In this document: piece by piece, positions 38,351 through 51,100 of the stretch | Layout of the letters: the number at the start of each line of letters is the position of its first letter | Numbering within the stretch: the first letter of the stretch is position 1 | Notes under the pieces: generated by a model | The model's input: the letters and a program-made list of their open reading frames with translations, nothing else | Database searches by the model: none | Told to the model about the DNA's origin: nothing | Position numbers and translations under genes: made by a program | Source: Tubulanus polymorphus | Taxonomy: Eukaryota > Animalia > Nemertea | Direction: 5' to 3' | Length of the DNA: 64,000 bases | NCBI RefSeq assembly: GCF_964204645.1 | Contig: NC_134025.1 | Span: forward strand, 17,955,101 to 18,019,100

Positions 38351-39592
38351 ATGAGTGGGAGTTATATAAATCCTGCTAAGGATTCTAGAACATCTAATGC
38401 AATTAAAGCAGAAAGATCTCATCATATCATTACTCATAATCCTTCTAATATTAATCCTGATGAAACTTTATACGTTAGAATTCCTCGATTAACACAAAAT
38501 ACTTTTTATGTTCCAAATAGTATTTATTTATCAGCTGATATAAAAGTAACTGATAGTAACAATAATTATTTCGTAGATAATGTTGAAAGAAATTCAATTA
38601 AAAATTAATTATAAAGATTGGATCAGAAACAGTTTTTTCATTAGATGATTATAATTTATCTACGCATTATAAAGAGTTATGGTAAACACAAGAAAATAGA
38701 AATAATATGATATTTCAAGGCATCCAATCAGAAACCAAAATAAATTAAAATCAGAAGCTTATAATGCAGTAGTAACAAATGACATAGATAATTTAATGAA
38801 AAAAGATTTATGGAAGCAAATATAAAATTCCATTAGACTTTGAATTGATAAATGATAATGCACCTTTATATAAATATGCAATTCAAGAAGATATGATATT
38901 CGAAATAACATTTGCTCCTGTTAATGAAATTGTATTATCTAGCGTTGTTAAAGATATGGGTTATAAATTATCAAATATATGTTTAGAATATGATACAGTA
39001 ACTGATGAAAATATTGCCAACACAATTCAAACTCAATACAATTAAGGTTATTCATTATTATATGATTATATTGATAAATTTAAAACTGTTACTATTAATG
39101 CAAATGATGAAATAATTAATGAGAATATTAACTTCCCAAAAAGATCTATTAAAGGTATGTTAATATTTTTTACCATTGCAACATATTCCAATGGTGCAAT
39201 AAAAGTTGATAATTATCATACTCCTGAAATATCAAAAGTAGAAATAACCATTGAAGGTATAGCAAATAAAATATTTTGTCAAGAAATGAGAATGATTGAT
39301 CAATGGGTTGAAATTAAAAAACATTTTATGATTGAAAAAATAAAATCATCTGAAGATTGTAATATCAATCAAATTGATTATTATACCGGCAATAAATATG
39401 CATTATAATTAGATTTTAGAACAACTGAAGATAACTTATTATATGGTTCTGGGAAAAAATTACAAAATACAAAAGATGGAATACAATAATTCTTGAAAAA
39501 GAAAAAAGGAGGTTGAAATTATAAAATGCATATTTATACTATATCTGACGAGCAATTAAATATAAATTCCAATTAGATAGTGTTTTGTATTA
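38351..39592 (+). pseudogene. Putative major capsid protein (jelly-roll), disrupted
   Basis: About 410 codons and beta-rich: HHIITHNPSNINPDETLYVRIPRL..FYVPNSIYLSADI, LSNICLEYDTV, NFPKRSIKGMLIFF, DFRTTEDNLLYGSGKKLQNTKDGIQ. Size and position fit an MCP. The fold is inferred. Confidence 0.55.
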
Positions 39593-39642
39593 ATAAAATT
39601 TTTGTATTAAAATTTTTATTCTCATAAAAAATTTCATAATAA

Positions 39643-40582
39643 ATGGATGTAGGTAAAGTATATAAACATATACCATACAATGATAAACATGAAAATAATG
39701 ATGGTCTATATTATATAATACCTTGTAATATAGCTTTGATATTTTATCTTATTTTATAAATCATAAAACTAAACTAATAGAAATCGATAATAATTTGATT
39801 GAAACCGAAAATAATAAAAGTGGTGTTTTTGACAATTTAAGTAATGAAATTGATAATAATGTTATTCCTTCTACATCTAATAATGTTATTTCTTCTACAT
39901 CTAATAATGCTATACCTTCTACATCTAATAATGTTATACCTTCTACATCTAATATAGTTATACCTTCTACATCGAATAATGTTATACCTTCTACATCTAA
40001 TAATGTTATACCTTCTACATATAATAATGAAAAAATATTAAATTATAGTGAAAATAGAGCTTATTGTGGTTATTGTAATGGTGAATTTTCAAACTTTCAA
40101 ACAAATTGGAATAACCATATGAATAAATTTGTACATATTAAGCATGTTATAAAACGTGTTGGTATCGGAGAATTTATAGAACACCCATTTAGATGTAACA
40201 AAGTTTGTTTCAAATAAAAAAACAATTGGTATAGATTTATATAAAGATTTATTAGATGATTTTTTATTTAAGGAACCTGAACTCAGTAAAGCTGAAATAG
40301 ATTTAACTGATGCGAATAAAATATTAGGATCAATTATTGTAAATAAAATATTAGGGTCAAACACTAAGAAAGAGGATAAGGAAAATATAAAGGTTAGCAT
40401 ATTGATTATGATAATGAAGGTACTAAGAAATTGAAAATAGAAGATAAATTTACAAGTAGTTATAATACTCAAGCTTTATTAAAAAAAGCATTTTAATTTA
40501 GGTAATATATCAGGGACTGATGATGAATTAGGGGCTTATGAGGAAAATGATTCAGATAGTGATGATAATTATCTCACATAAT
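39643..40582 (+). pseudogene. Unknown ORF with 24-bp minisatellite (NNVIPSTS x7) and CxxC..H..H finger
   Basis: Repeat at 39856-40025, then YCGYCNGEFSNFQTNWNNHMNKFVH. Confidence 0.5.
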
Positions 40583-40682
40583 ATATTGGTTGAAAATTGT
40601 ATAAAATAATAGTTAATAAAAAGTGGGTTTTAAGTATTAGGGTATTAAATACGTATTAACTAAAATAACCTAAATTATAATC

Positions 40683-41603
40683 TTATTTCATGAATTTATA
40701 TTGAAGAGAACCTAATATTTCATAATCTTTTAAATCTTCTAATTTATAAACAAATGGTTTAGTTAATATTATCTTTTTAATCTTAAATATTTCTTCAGTA
40801 AAATTTTGAGTATAACCTTTATAAAATATTTTTCGATATTTAGATATTGTTACATGTTGTCCAATTTTAAATTTAGGTTCTCCGAAATCATGTGTTACAA
40901 ATGCTCCATATAAATTATTCCAAAACAACTTCTGAATTAGCTTCTTTTCTAGCTTTTATAGGTTTCATACCAATACTTGAATGTTTAGAATTATCATAAC
41001 CTTTCGCTAAATCATCTTATACATCGATGTTTCATTAGCAGTAGAGTTTTTTTCACATTCTAGATTTTTATGTTTTATTGAATCTTTCTATAATAGATGC
41101 TTTTTTTATCTGAGTGTGTTGAAAAATACTCTACATCGTTATCAGATAATAATTTCTTTAAATGTTTATTATAAAATTCTTTACCTTCATCAAATTGTAT
41201 CTCATCTAGGATAGCTTCTTTAAATATATTTTTAAAGCATTTGTTACTTCTATACCAGTTTTATATTTGATTGGTACACTCCATGCGTATCTACTGAATA
41301 TATCTATAACATTTAATATCCAAAAATATCCTTTATTGTATTCTTCTAAGTTTACATATCAATTAAATCTGCTTGCCATTGTTTATCAATACATGAAACC
41401 ATAACTTTTCTTGTTAAATAATTTTTATCCATTTTCTTATGGATTTGATATGTTCGTTGATTTTGTAACCATAATTTTAATTCACTATATTTTATATTTT
41501 CATAATCAAATTTTATTTTATCCCATAATTCTGAAACACTTGAATATGATACTTCACTTTCTGGATTATGATATAAATCTCTTAAGTATTGTTCTTTTTT
41601 CAT
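40683..41603 (-). pseudogene. Polinton-type retroviral-like (RVE) integrase, frameshifted
   Basis: WLQNQRTYQIHK, QWQADLIDM, VIDIFSRYAWSVPIK, QFDEGKEFYN, KASIIERFNKT and KFKIGQHVTISKYRKIFYKGYTQNFTEEIFKI. Confidence 0.92.
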
Positions 41604-41699
41604 CTTATTTTAATCCATTAATACTAATTTAGATTTATTTTCAATGATTTAATCATTTGATTTATTTTCTGGTATAATAGGTTTATCATCATCATTATT

Positions 41700-42010
41700 A
41701 AAGGCCCCTTTCATTACTGCAGACTGGGTATTGGCGAGTTTTAAGTCACGCGTTTTCGCAGCGGCTCCTATTTTGGGCCAAATTTCCGTATTAACCCGAG
41801 GCGTGGTTAATGCCTCGCAATTTTTGGGTACCGGGTAGGTCTTTTCCTTGGCCCTCATCATTTCAATGTTCAGGGCTTTAGAGAACCTTTTCTCTATAAT
41901 TTCTGTTAACCCTTTGTCCATTTCTGGCCCAGGGGTTTCATCGTTTAACTCCATATCGAGGAGTTTAAGTTTAGACTCTGAGTCCGAGGGGTTTTCCTCT
42001 TCGTCCCCTC
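41700..42010 (-). mobile_element. GC-richer fragment of DIRS/Ngaro-type gag-like ORF inserted in the AT-rich element
   Basis: YPVPKNCEALTTPRVNTEIWPKIGAAAKTRDLKLANTQSAVMKG, with a composition shift. Flanked by CATTATT on both sides. Confidence 0.6.
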
Positions 42011-42029
42011 CATTATTTTACATATTTCC

Positions 42030-42383
42030 TTATTCGAAATCTATTTCATGATGCCCTTTTTCATTCTTACCTTTGTATACGAAATAGAAATCACCAGAAC
42101 ATAATTCTTCTAGATCTTCACTTGATAATCTATGAAATCTATCTGGTAAATATGTTCTGAATTTATATGTATTTCCTTTTAATCCTTCATATTCTAAGTG
42201 TATAACTAATTTATCTCCATATTTGTTAGTAACTGTATCAATATTTGTAATTAGATATTTCTTATGGATTATTAATTCTTTTAACTTCTTAAATTTATAA
42301 TCTACTGATTTGACATTTGAAGTATCTTTTAATCTATCTAGAAATGATTTGTTGTTCTCACTGTGCACTTGTTTACTCTTCAT
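42030..42383 (-). CDS. Intact 117-aa pPolB-associated protein (ORF117; possibly OB-fold ssDNA-binding)
   Basis: Conserved in three copies (42030, split 52103/54277, 54983). KKLxEL..KYLITNIDTVTNKYGDKLVIHL..FRTYLPDRF..FYFVYKG. Function is inferred. Confidence 0.7.
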   Translation of the reverse strand: MKSKQVHSENNKSFLDRLKDTSNVKSVDYKFKKLKELIIHKKYLITNIDTVTNKYGDKLVIHLEYEGLKGNTYKFRTYLPDRFHRLSSEDLEELCSGDFYFVYKGKNEKGHHEIDFE

Positions 42384-42412
42384 TTATAATACATATTTTT
42401 ATTAAAATTTGA

Positions 42413-45400
42413 TTAACACGTTAGAATTCTTTTCATTATTTCCTTCTCTTTTGTTTCTTCTCTTTTAAATTTTAAGTATTCATCTAAATTACAACCATAA
42501 GCAACTGGATGAATTCCATCACCTAAAATATATCTTTTATCATCAAATGGGTTTAGACTTATCTTTTCAATTTCTTCAATAAACATTTCATGATCTTCAG
42601 ATCTTAAACATTTCATCTTATGTTTTCTAACTTCTTCATTGAATATACAATTGATGTAATCTTTGAAATGAATATTCTTTTCTACTACACTTTTGGTTAT
42701 TCCTTTTAACTTTTTAGCTTCATGTTCTTTAGTTTTATATGAATACATTTTAGATCTAATACCGATGAACTCTATCATTTCTTCACCGCCTAATTCATCT
42801 TTGAATTTACCAGGAACCTTTTTATTATCATTGCTAAACAATTCATGATTTTTAGGATAGTTACTGAAATCAAAATGATGTTTTAATGTTTTTAAATCAT
42901 CTGTTATGTTATTAGTTTTTATCTTTAATATGTAACTGTCAGTATCAAAATATAAGATTTCTATATGTTTTTCCCCAAAAAGTGGTTGTAATACATTATA
43001 ATAGAATTCATACATTAGTAATTTTGATAATTCTAAAACTGAAGCGCCAACATAGATTGGTTTATTAAATTTCATAGATGTTCTTCTCATTTTAACTGCA
43101 GCTAAATTTTCATCAAATATTCTGTTACCTAAAAACTTAGGATATGATTGTAAATGCCTTATCCCTTTACCATTACTAACTAACTCAATATCATTTCTAT
43201 TTCTAATATTTTCACAAGTCTTACCATAGAATGCATTATTCATTAACTTGAAGATATCTTTCTCAAAATCAGTTTTAGCTTCAGTTCTCTGTTTGGTGTT
43301 AAAATCTATATATTTTTCTAACCACTTAGATTGACTAAATGAAATATAACTATGTACTTTTTTTAGGATCATTCCTTGTTTTAGATAAAACTTTTAACAT
43401 TCTATAATGCACTACATAATTATATTTATCTTCCTGAGTTACCATTAACTTTTCTGTATGAATATGATTTTTCGGGTTTAATTCTTTTTTGATAATTTGA
43501 TAATTCTTCATGAGTTAGTTTTATGTTCTGGACAGTATGCTAGATTTCTAGATTTGAATTTAATATGTTCAGGATATTCTAAATCTACAACAAAAAAGTA
43601 ACCAGTATCTGAATCATCTGCAATATCTAGAATTCTTTTCTACCAATCAAATTTATCATTATTTTCACGTTGTAAAACTTCACTTATTTCAAATACTCCA
43701 TAAGGTTGTGGTTCCATCATTGCCCAACCATACAAATTATTTGCATCTATATATAATAACTTATATCCAGGGTTATCATTTACATTGAAATATCTATCAC
43801 CTAATACACCTGAAACTCCTCCTCTTATAGATTTTTCAAATAATAATAATTGATCTATATTTGTTAACAAATCCATTTTTATATTTGTAAATTTTAATCC
43901 ACAATCCCATGTTAAACCTGGTGATGAATAAAAATGACAAGGATCAATGTTAAAATATTTTAGGTTTACATCTCTAAACTTTCGAATATATCGGTTAATA
44001 ATAATACATCTGATTCTAAATATAAATCTACTAATCGCCCATGATTTTCTATTTTGAAATGATTCCAAATATTCAATGTTCTATTATATACTTCATCTTT
44101 AACATATTCATTTTTTAATTCATCATAGAATTGTTCTTTCAATAATTCAGTTATGTTAAAATCATTATGATTTTTATAGAAAGAATATGGAATTGCGCCT
44201 TTATATCTCATTAATTGAAAATCATCATTATTTGGGTAGTGTTGTTTTAATATTGTTACTTCATCATCAACTAATGATTTTGATAAGTTATCTAATGAAC
44301 TATTTAAAAATCTATATGAATCTATAAATCTTAGACACCCAAATTGGAATGATATATAATTCTCAGATGTTTTAGTTAACATTCTAAATTTATAAGTTGG
44401 TATTTTATCTTTTGATCTATTTGAATTTAATCTTTCTATTTCATTATTGATTTCTTCTATTTTATGGCATAACTGTTTGATAAATAAATGTGCATCATAT
44501 CCTGATAGATTATGAAATATAACTGGTACAAAGTTAATTTTCTTAGCTTGTAAGTTACAATTCTCATGTGCAGCGCCTCTAAACTTTCCATTCAAATGAT
44601 CATGGTCTCTTACTTTTTTATCTCTAAAATTAAATATCTTTTCACAATAATAACATTTATCTGCAAACGCAAATTCTTCTTTATCTTCTTCTGTCATTAT
44701 AATTTCTATATTTTTATTTAACTTTTCATTAAATCTTATTTCATATTCAATTAATAAGTCACAAAAATGATTGATAACATTTTCATTTCTATAATTATAA
44801 TATTCACTTTTAATTAGTTCTGGATAATCAGATTTTATATATAACCCAAAAGCTGCTGCTGATTGATGAATCTTTTTAATAGTATTTGTTTTTGGTGGTT
44901 CTTTTGGTGAGAAATCATTTTCATTAGAATTTAATTTCTTTCTTTTATAATATATTTCTTTTCTATCTTGATCAGTTAATTCTTTATTTAATGATTCAAA
45001 ATCTCCATATATAACAAATGGAACTTTATTTTTGTAATCATATTTTTTGAATTCTAATATTTTATCCTTTTCATTTGGTAAAACTAATTTACAATAATCA
45101 TGATTTTCACATAATTTTTTATGATTTAATAATGTACTTTCATTACTGAATCTATGTAAACATTTTCTACAAAGATATATTTTATGGTGATCATTTTCTG
45201 ATTTAAAAAATAAATCGATTTGTTTAATCCACATATAATGATTCTCATAATATAATATATCTATAACATCGTTTGAATCATAATCTTTTGATAGATATAA
45301 AGGTTCTAATGTATAATGTTTTATGTTGTTACCTTTTGTATTTGGTAATTTAATTAAATCAAATACATTTATTCTTAAATTATTATCTCTTTCTATTTTT

Positions 45401-46200
45401 GGGATGTTTTTAATTATAACAGGATACTTATCTATCTTATAATTATTTTCAAATGGTTTATAATGAGTTAATCTTAAACTATGTGTAATATCTTCTGTTG
45501 GATGTAAGCAACTTATAATTGTCCATAGAAAACATTTATCATCTTCATTTTGTACATTTATAACAGCATTAGTTTTAAATGGTAGTTCAATATAACTCGA
45601 TGCTTCAATATCTGGTTCTTAATAATATGATAAATTATTTTCATCAATTGGTTTTGATTTAGTTAACTTATTTTATTTTGTGTTATAAACATGTAAAGTC
45701 ATAAATATTTTTTCATCAAATATTAAACCAGATCCTTCAAAATATTTCTCTTCTATTTTAGTTTTTACTTCATTATAACATTTATCTAATTTATCATATA
45801 TATGTTGTTTATATATAATATGTTGTGAATGAGAATTTATATTATATATTGGTTTATCTTCAGATTTTATGAATTTAACTTTAGAAGATATACTTATTTT
45901 AGGATATTCAACATCAGATATTATTTTCATTATTTCTTTCATATTTTCTAAATGTTTTTTATTTTCTTCTAATGTTTTTCCTTTATGAAATTTAAACTCG
46001 ATAACTGCTGGACCAATATCACTTTTAAATGCTTCGGTTATCTCTATATCTTTTTTATTATCCAATAAATTAATATATTTTCTTACATCTTCCATGTATG
46101 GTCTTTTATTGTTTAATTTATTTTTTATGCTTTTAATTGTCTTCTCTTTCTTATCATTATCGTTATCAAAATAATCTTCACCTAAAATATCATTATTCTT
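42413..46200 (-). pseudogene. polB: Protein-primed family B DNA polymerase, copy B (5'-truncated, few frameshifts)
   Basis: YGDFES (ExoI), FHNLSGYDAHLF (ExoII), FIDSYRF, VRDHDHLNGKFRGAAHENCNL insertion, YIDANNLYGWAM (motif A), KLMNNAFYGKT (motif B) and YFDTDS (motif C, 42935-42952). Confidence 0.95.
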
Positions 46201-46211
46201 ATTTCTAATAT

Positions 46212-46272
46212 TTTATTTTTTTACTTTCTCGACCTCTCGACCTTTGGTATAGAACAACTAAATCCCTATTAC
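46212..46272. repeat. Inner half of terminal palindrome (left end of unit A)
   Basis: CTCGACCTCTCGACCTTTGG...ATCCCTATTACT matches the inner arm of the full hairpins. Confidence 0.7.
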
Positions 46273-46279
46273 TCTTATA

Positions 46280-47095
46280 TTTATGTATTACGCCAGAAAA
46301 TATTATAACTGTAACTAATCCAATTGTAATATATAATTTATTATTACTTCCAGCATTAGAAGAATTAGATGGATTATCATTCGAATCAATAACAGATAAT
46401 TTCTGTGATTCATTTATATCAGTTTATTTCTTTTTCTTAGCTCTTTTTAATTTTGCAGATCTTTTCCCCAACTCCTTTGCCCACTGTACTTGTTTTTCAG
46501 ATCTAGGCTTCTTCTTAACATCATCACTCATTCATTTTACTTAATTTTTGTTCTGATTCAATATCTTCTGATTTATTTTTATCTTTGTATTCAATAGGTT
46601 TAATGTTAGAAAATGTTATAACTCCAGTAGAAATCAATGTCATTATTCCACCTAATTGGAATGAAGCGTATCCAACCAATTTCTGTAGTTCTATCATTAC
46701 TAAATAATCATTTTTTAAATCGCTAAATAATTTATTTTCATCATCAATTGGTATAATCCGGTAACATAACTTAGAATAACATTTTACTATTCCATCACTT
46801 ATAGAATCGTTTATTCTAGTTAATCTAGCTTCTTCATATATTTTGAAATGTTTGATTACTTTATCTGTTTTCATGTTATCTAATTCTTGAAAAGTTAAAA
46901 TTTTACCCAAGAAATCCTTAGATTTTCCACCAGCAATTAATAACTCAAGATGATGCTTACATGTATAGTATTCATAATCAATATTATAATCAATATTATT
47001 TTCAATTTTGATGGAATATCCTTATTATTACTAATGCCCAAATAATCTAAGGTTTTTTCAATATCAATACTATTCTTATTAGATTTCTTTGACAT
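46280..47095 (-). pseudogene. Unknown viral-like ORF(s) with hydrophobic segments
   Basis: TAAATG start at 47095. Includes the 128-aa fragment 46524-46910. Confidence 0.5.
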
Positions 47096-47329
47096 TTATA
47101 TTAGAGAAAAAATACTAAAAAACAATAACTAATACTAGAATTCTTTAGGTTAATACTAGCTTAGTAAAGTTAAAGAATTCTAGTATTAGTTAATATTATT
47201 TATATTTTTTAGTATTTTTTATTTGTGATATAAAGTAATCTCCTTTTGAAAAGAAATAATAGATTTTGAAAAAAATTAAAACAGAAATAATGACTAGTTG
47301 AAGATATGTAATTTTTAATTCATTTTATT

Positions 47330-48093
47330 TGAATTATATCATTCTTTAACCGCTTAATAAAGATTCAATATATTGTTCATTATTTGGATCACTATTCCAT
47401 AATTCAATGAATTTTTTTGCCTTTGTTAACTGTTCTAAATATAATTGTAAATCTAGTTTATTAAATTTTATTTTCTTTTCTTTTCAAGAGGCCTTAAATT
47501 TTTCCAATTCCAAATTAACTTTTTATTGTATTCATCATTCATCATTCATGTTAAATTAAGATATTGGTAACAAATGATCTATTTGGAAATTCACCATAAT
47601 TTTCTATATTCATTTCACCATCAAACTGAAATATAATCCATGATTTTAGAAATTTATCTGAACAACCTAGCAAATTAGATAGTGTAACTGAGTGTTTATC
47701 TTTACTGTATAATTTTGATAATCTAATTATCAAACATTGTTTCAATTTAAAATCAAAATCTGTATGATATTTTTCTTTATAATAATTTTTATTATACGCT
47801 TTATAATATTCTCTATTATTATCCCTCCATTCTCTCATATATTCTGTTATATAATCTGGGTGATTTTCTCTCCATTGTTTATTTTTAACTTTGAATTTTT
47901 CAATATTATCCGTATAATATTCTTGATTATTCTTGTAATATTGTTTATTCTATAGTGTACGACAATTTTTGCAATACTAACCTTTACCATCTTTAGTGTT
48001 TTCATCATTATAATATTCTGATAATGATTTATCTTATTCACATTTTGAACATTTCTTATGGTGAATATCTATAGTTTGTGACGGTTCCTCCAT
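47330..48093 (-). pseudogene. HNH-type endonuclease with N-terminal CxxC...CxxC finger, large-DNA-virus type, disrupted
   Basis: KKCSKCE.DKSLSEYY..TKDG..YCKNC; LLGCSDKFLKSWIIFQFDGEMNIENYGE; QIDHLLPIS.FN; WNWKNLRPLEKKEN. Confidence 0.7.
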
Positions 48094-48122
48094 TTATAAT
48101 ATATATTTTTATTAAACATTGA

Positions 48123-51100
48123 TTAACATTTTAGAATCCTGTTCATTATTTCCTTTTCTTTCTCTTCTTCTCTTTTGAATTTTAGATATTCTTCTATATT
48201 GCAACCATAAGCAACTGTGTGTATACCATCATCTAAAATATATCTTTTATCATCTAATGGGTTTAGACTAACCTTTTCAATTTCTTCAATAAACATCTCG
48301 TGGTACTCAGATCTTAAACATTTCATCTTGTGTTTTCTAACTTCTTCATTGAATAATCAATTGATGTAATCTTTGAAATGAATATTCTTTTCTACTACGC
48401 TTTTGGTAATTCCTTTTAACTTTTTAGCTTCATGAGTTTTAGTTTTATAACTATACATTTTAGATCGAATTCCAATGAACTCTATCATTTCTTCACCTCC
48501 TAATTCATCCTTAAACTTCCCGGGCACCTTTTTATTAACATTGCTAAACAATTCATGATCTTTAGGATAATTACTGAAATCAAAATGATGTTTTAATGTT
48601 TTTAAATCATCTGTTATGTTATTAGTTTTTATTTTTAATATGTAACTGTCATTATCAAAATATAAGATTTCAATATGCTTTTCTCCGAAATGAGGTTGTA
48701 ATACGTTATAATAGAATTCATACATTAATAGTTTTGATATTTCTAAAACTGAAGCACCAACATGAATTGGTTGATTAAATTTCATAGAAGTTCTCTTCAT
48801 TTTAACTGCAGCTAAATTTTTATCAAATATTCTGTTACCTATAAATTTCGGGTATCTTTGTAAATGTCTAATTCTTTTACCATTTCTGACTAACTCAATA
48901 TGATTTCTATTTCTAATATTTTCAAAAGTCTTACCATAGAACGCATTATTCATTAACTTGAAGAAATCTTTTTCGAAATCAGTTTAAGCTATAGTTCTCT
49001 GTTCGGTATTAAAATCTATATATTTTTCTAACCATTTAGATTGACTGAATGAAATATATCTATGTACTTTTTTAGGATCATTCCTTGATTCAAGTAAAAC
49101 TTCAACATTCTATAATGTACTACATAATTATATTTATCTTCCTGAGTTACCATTAACTTTTCTGTATGAATATGATTTTCAGGTTTTATTCTTTTTTGAT
49201 AATTTGATAATTCTTCATGTGTTACAGTTTTATGTTCGGGACAGTATGCTAGATTTCTAGATTTAAATTTTTTATCTTCAGGGTTTTCGAGGTCTACAAC
49301 AAAGAAGTCACCAGTCTCTGAATCATCTGCAATATTTAGAATTCTTTTCTTCCAATCGAATTTATCATTATTTTCATGTTGTAAAACTTCAGTTATTTCA
49401 AATACTCCATAAGGTTGATATCTATCGCCTAATACACCTGAAACTCCTCCTCTTATAGATTTTTTAAATAATAATAATTGATCTATATTTGTAAACAAAT
49501 CCATTTTTATATCTGTAAATTTTAAACCACAGTCCCAAGTTAAACCTGGACTAGAATAACAATGGCAAGGATCAATATTAAAATATTTTAGATTTACGTC
49601 TCTAAATCATTCAAATATATCAGTTAATAATAATACATCTGATTTTAGATATAAATCTACTAATTGTCCATAATTTTTTATTACAAAATGATTCCAAATA
49701 TTCAATGTTCTATTATAAACTTAATCTTTTACAAATTCATTTTTTAATTCATAATAGAATTGTTCTTTTAATAATTCAGTTATATTGAAATCATCATGTG
49801 GTTTATAAAATGAATATGGAATTGCTCCTTTACATCTCATTAATTAAAAATCATCATTATTTGGATAGTGTTGCTTTAATACTTTTAATTCATCATCAAC
49901 TAATGATTTTGATAAATTATCTAATGATCTGCTTAAAAATCTATATGAATCTATAAATCTTAGACACCCAAATTGGAAAGATATATAATTCTCAGATGTT
50001 TTAGCTAACATTTTAAATTTATAAGTTGGTATTTTATCTTTTGATCTATATGAATTTACTCTTTCTATTTCATTATTGATTTCTTCTATTTCATGGCACA
50101 GTTGCTTGATGAATAAATGAGCATTATACCCTGATAAATTATGAAATATAACTGGAACAAAGTTAATTTTCTTAGCTTGTAAGTTACAATTCTCATGTGC
50201 TGCGCCTCTAAACTTTCCATTCAAATGATCATGGTCTCCAACTTTTTTTAAATTAAATGTCTTTTCACAATAAAAACATTTATCAGCAAACTCAAATTCT
50301 TCTTTATCTTCTTCTGTCATAATTATTTCTTTATTTTTATTGAACAATTTATTAAATTATATTTCATATTCAATTAATAAGTCACAAAAACGATTGATAA
50401 CATTTTCATTTCTTTAATTATAATATTCACTTTTAATTAGTTCTGGATAATCAGATTTTATATGTAACCCGAAAGCTGCAGCTGATTGATGAATCTTTTA
50501 AATAGTATTTGTTATTAGAGGATCTAAATAATCAATTACATCATTTTCATTGGAATTTAATTTCTTTCTTTTATAATATATTTCTTTTCTCTCTTGATCA
50601 GTTAATTCTTTATTTAGTGATTCAACTCCATATATTACAAATGGCACTTTATTCTTGTAATTATATTTTTTGAATTCTAATACTTTATCCTTTTCATTTG
50701 GTAAAACTATTTTACAATAATCATGATTATCGCATAATTGCTTATGATTTAATAATGCCCTTTCAGTTCTGAATTTAGTTATACATTTTCTACATAGATA
50801 TATTTTATTATCAAAATCATTTTCTGATTTAAAAAATAAATCAATTCTTTTAATCCACATATAATGTTTCTCATAATATAATATATCTATAACATCATTT
50901 GAATCATAATCTTTTGATAAACACAAAGGTTCTAATGTATATTGTTACCTTTTGTTTTTGGTAATTTGACTAAATCAAACACATTTATCTTTATATTATT
51001 ATCTCTTTCTATTTTTGGGATATTTTTAATTCTAACAGGATAATTATCTATCTTATAATTATTTTCAAATGGTTTATGATTTGTTAATCTAAAACTATGA

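Larger units (their letters stand above)
36820..46205. mobile_element. Decayed Polinton/Maverick-like provirus segment (structural genes on +, pPolB, small ORF and integrase on -)
   Basis: Sharp shift to very AT-rich, gene-dense DNA encoding pPolB and a retroviral-type integrase. No left terminus was recognised. Confidence 0.85.
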
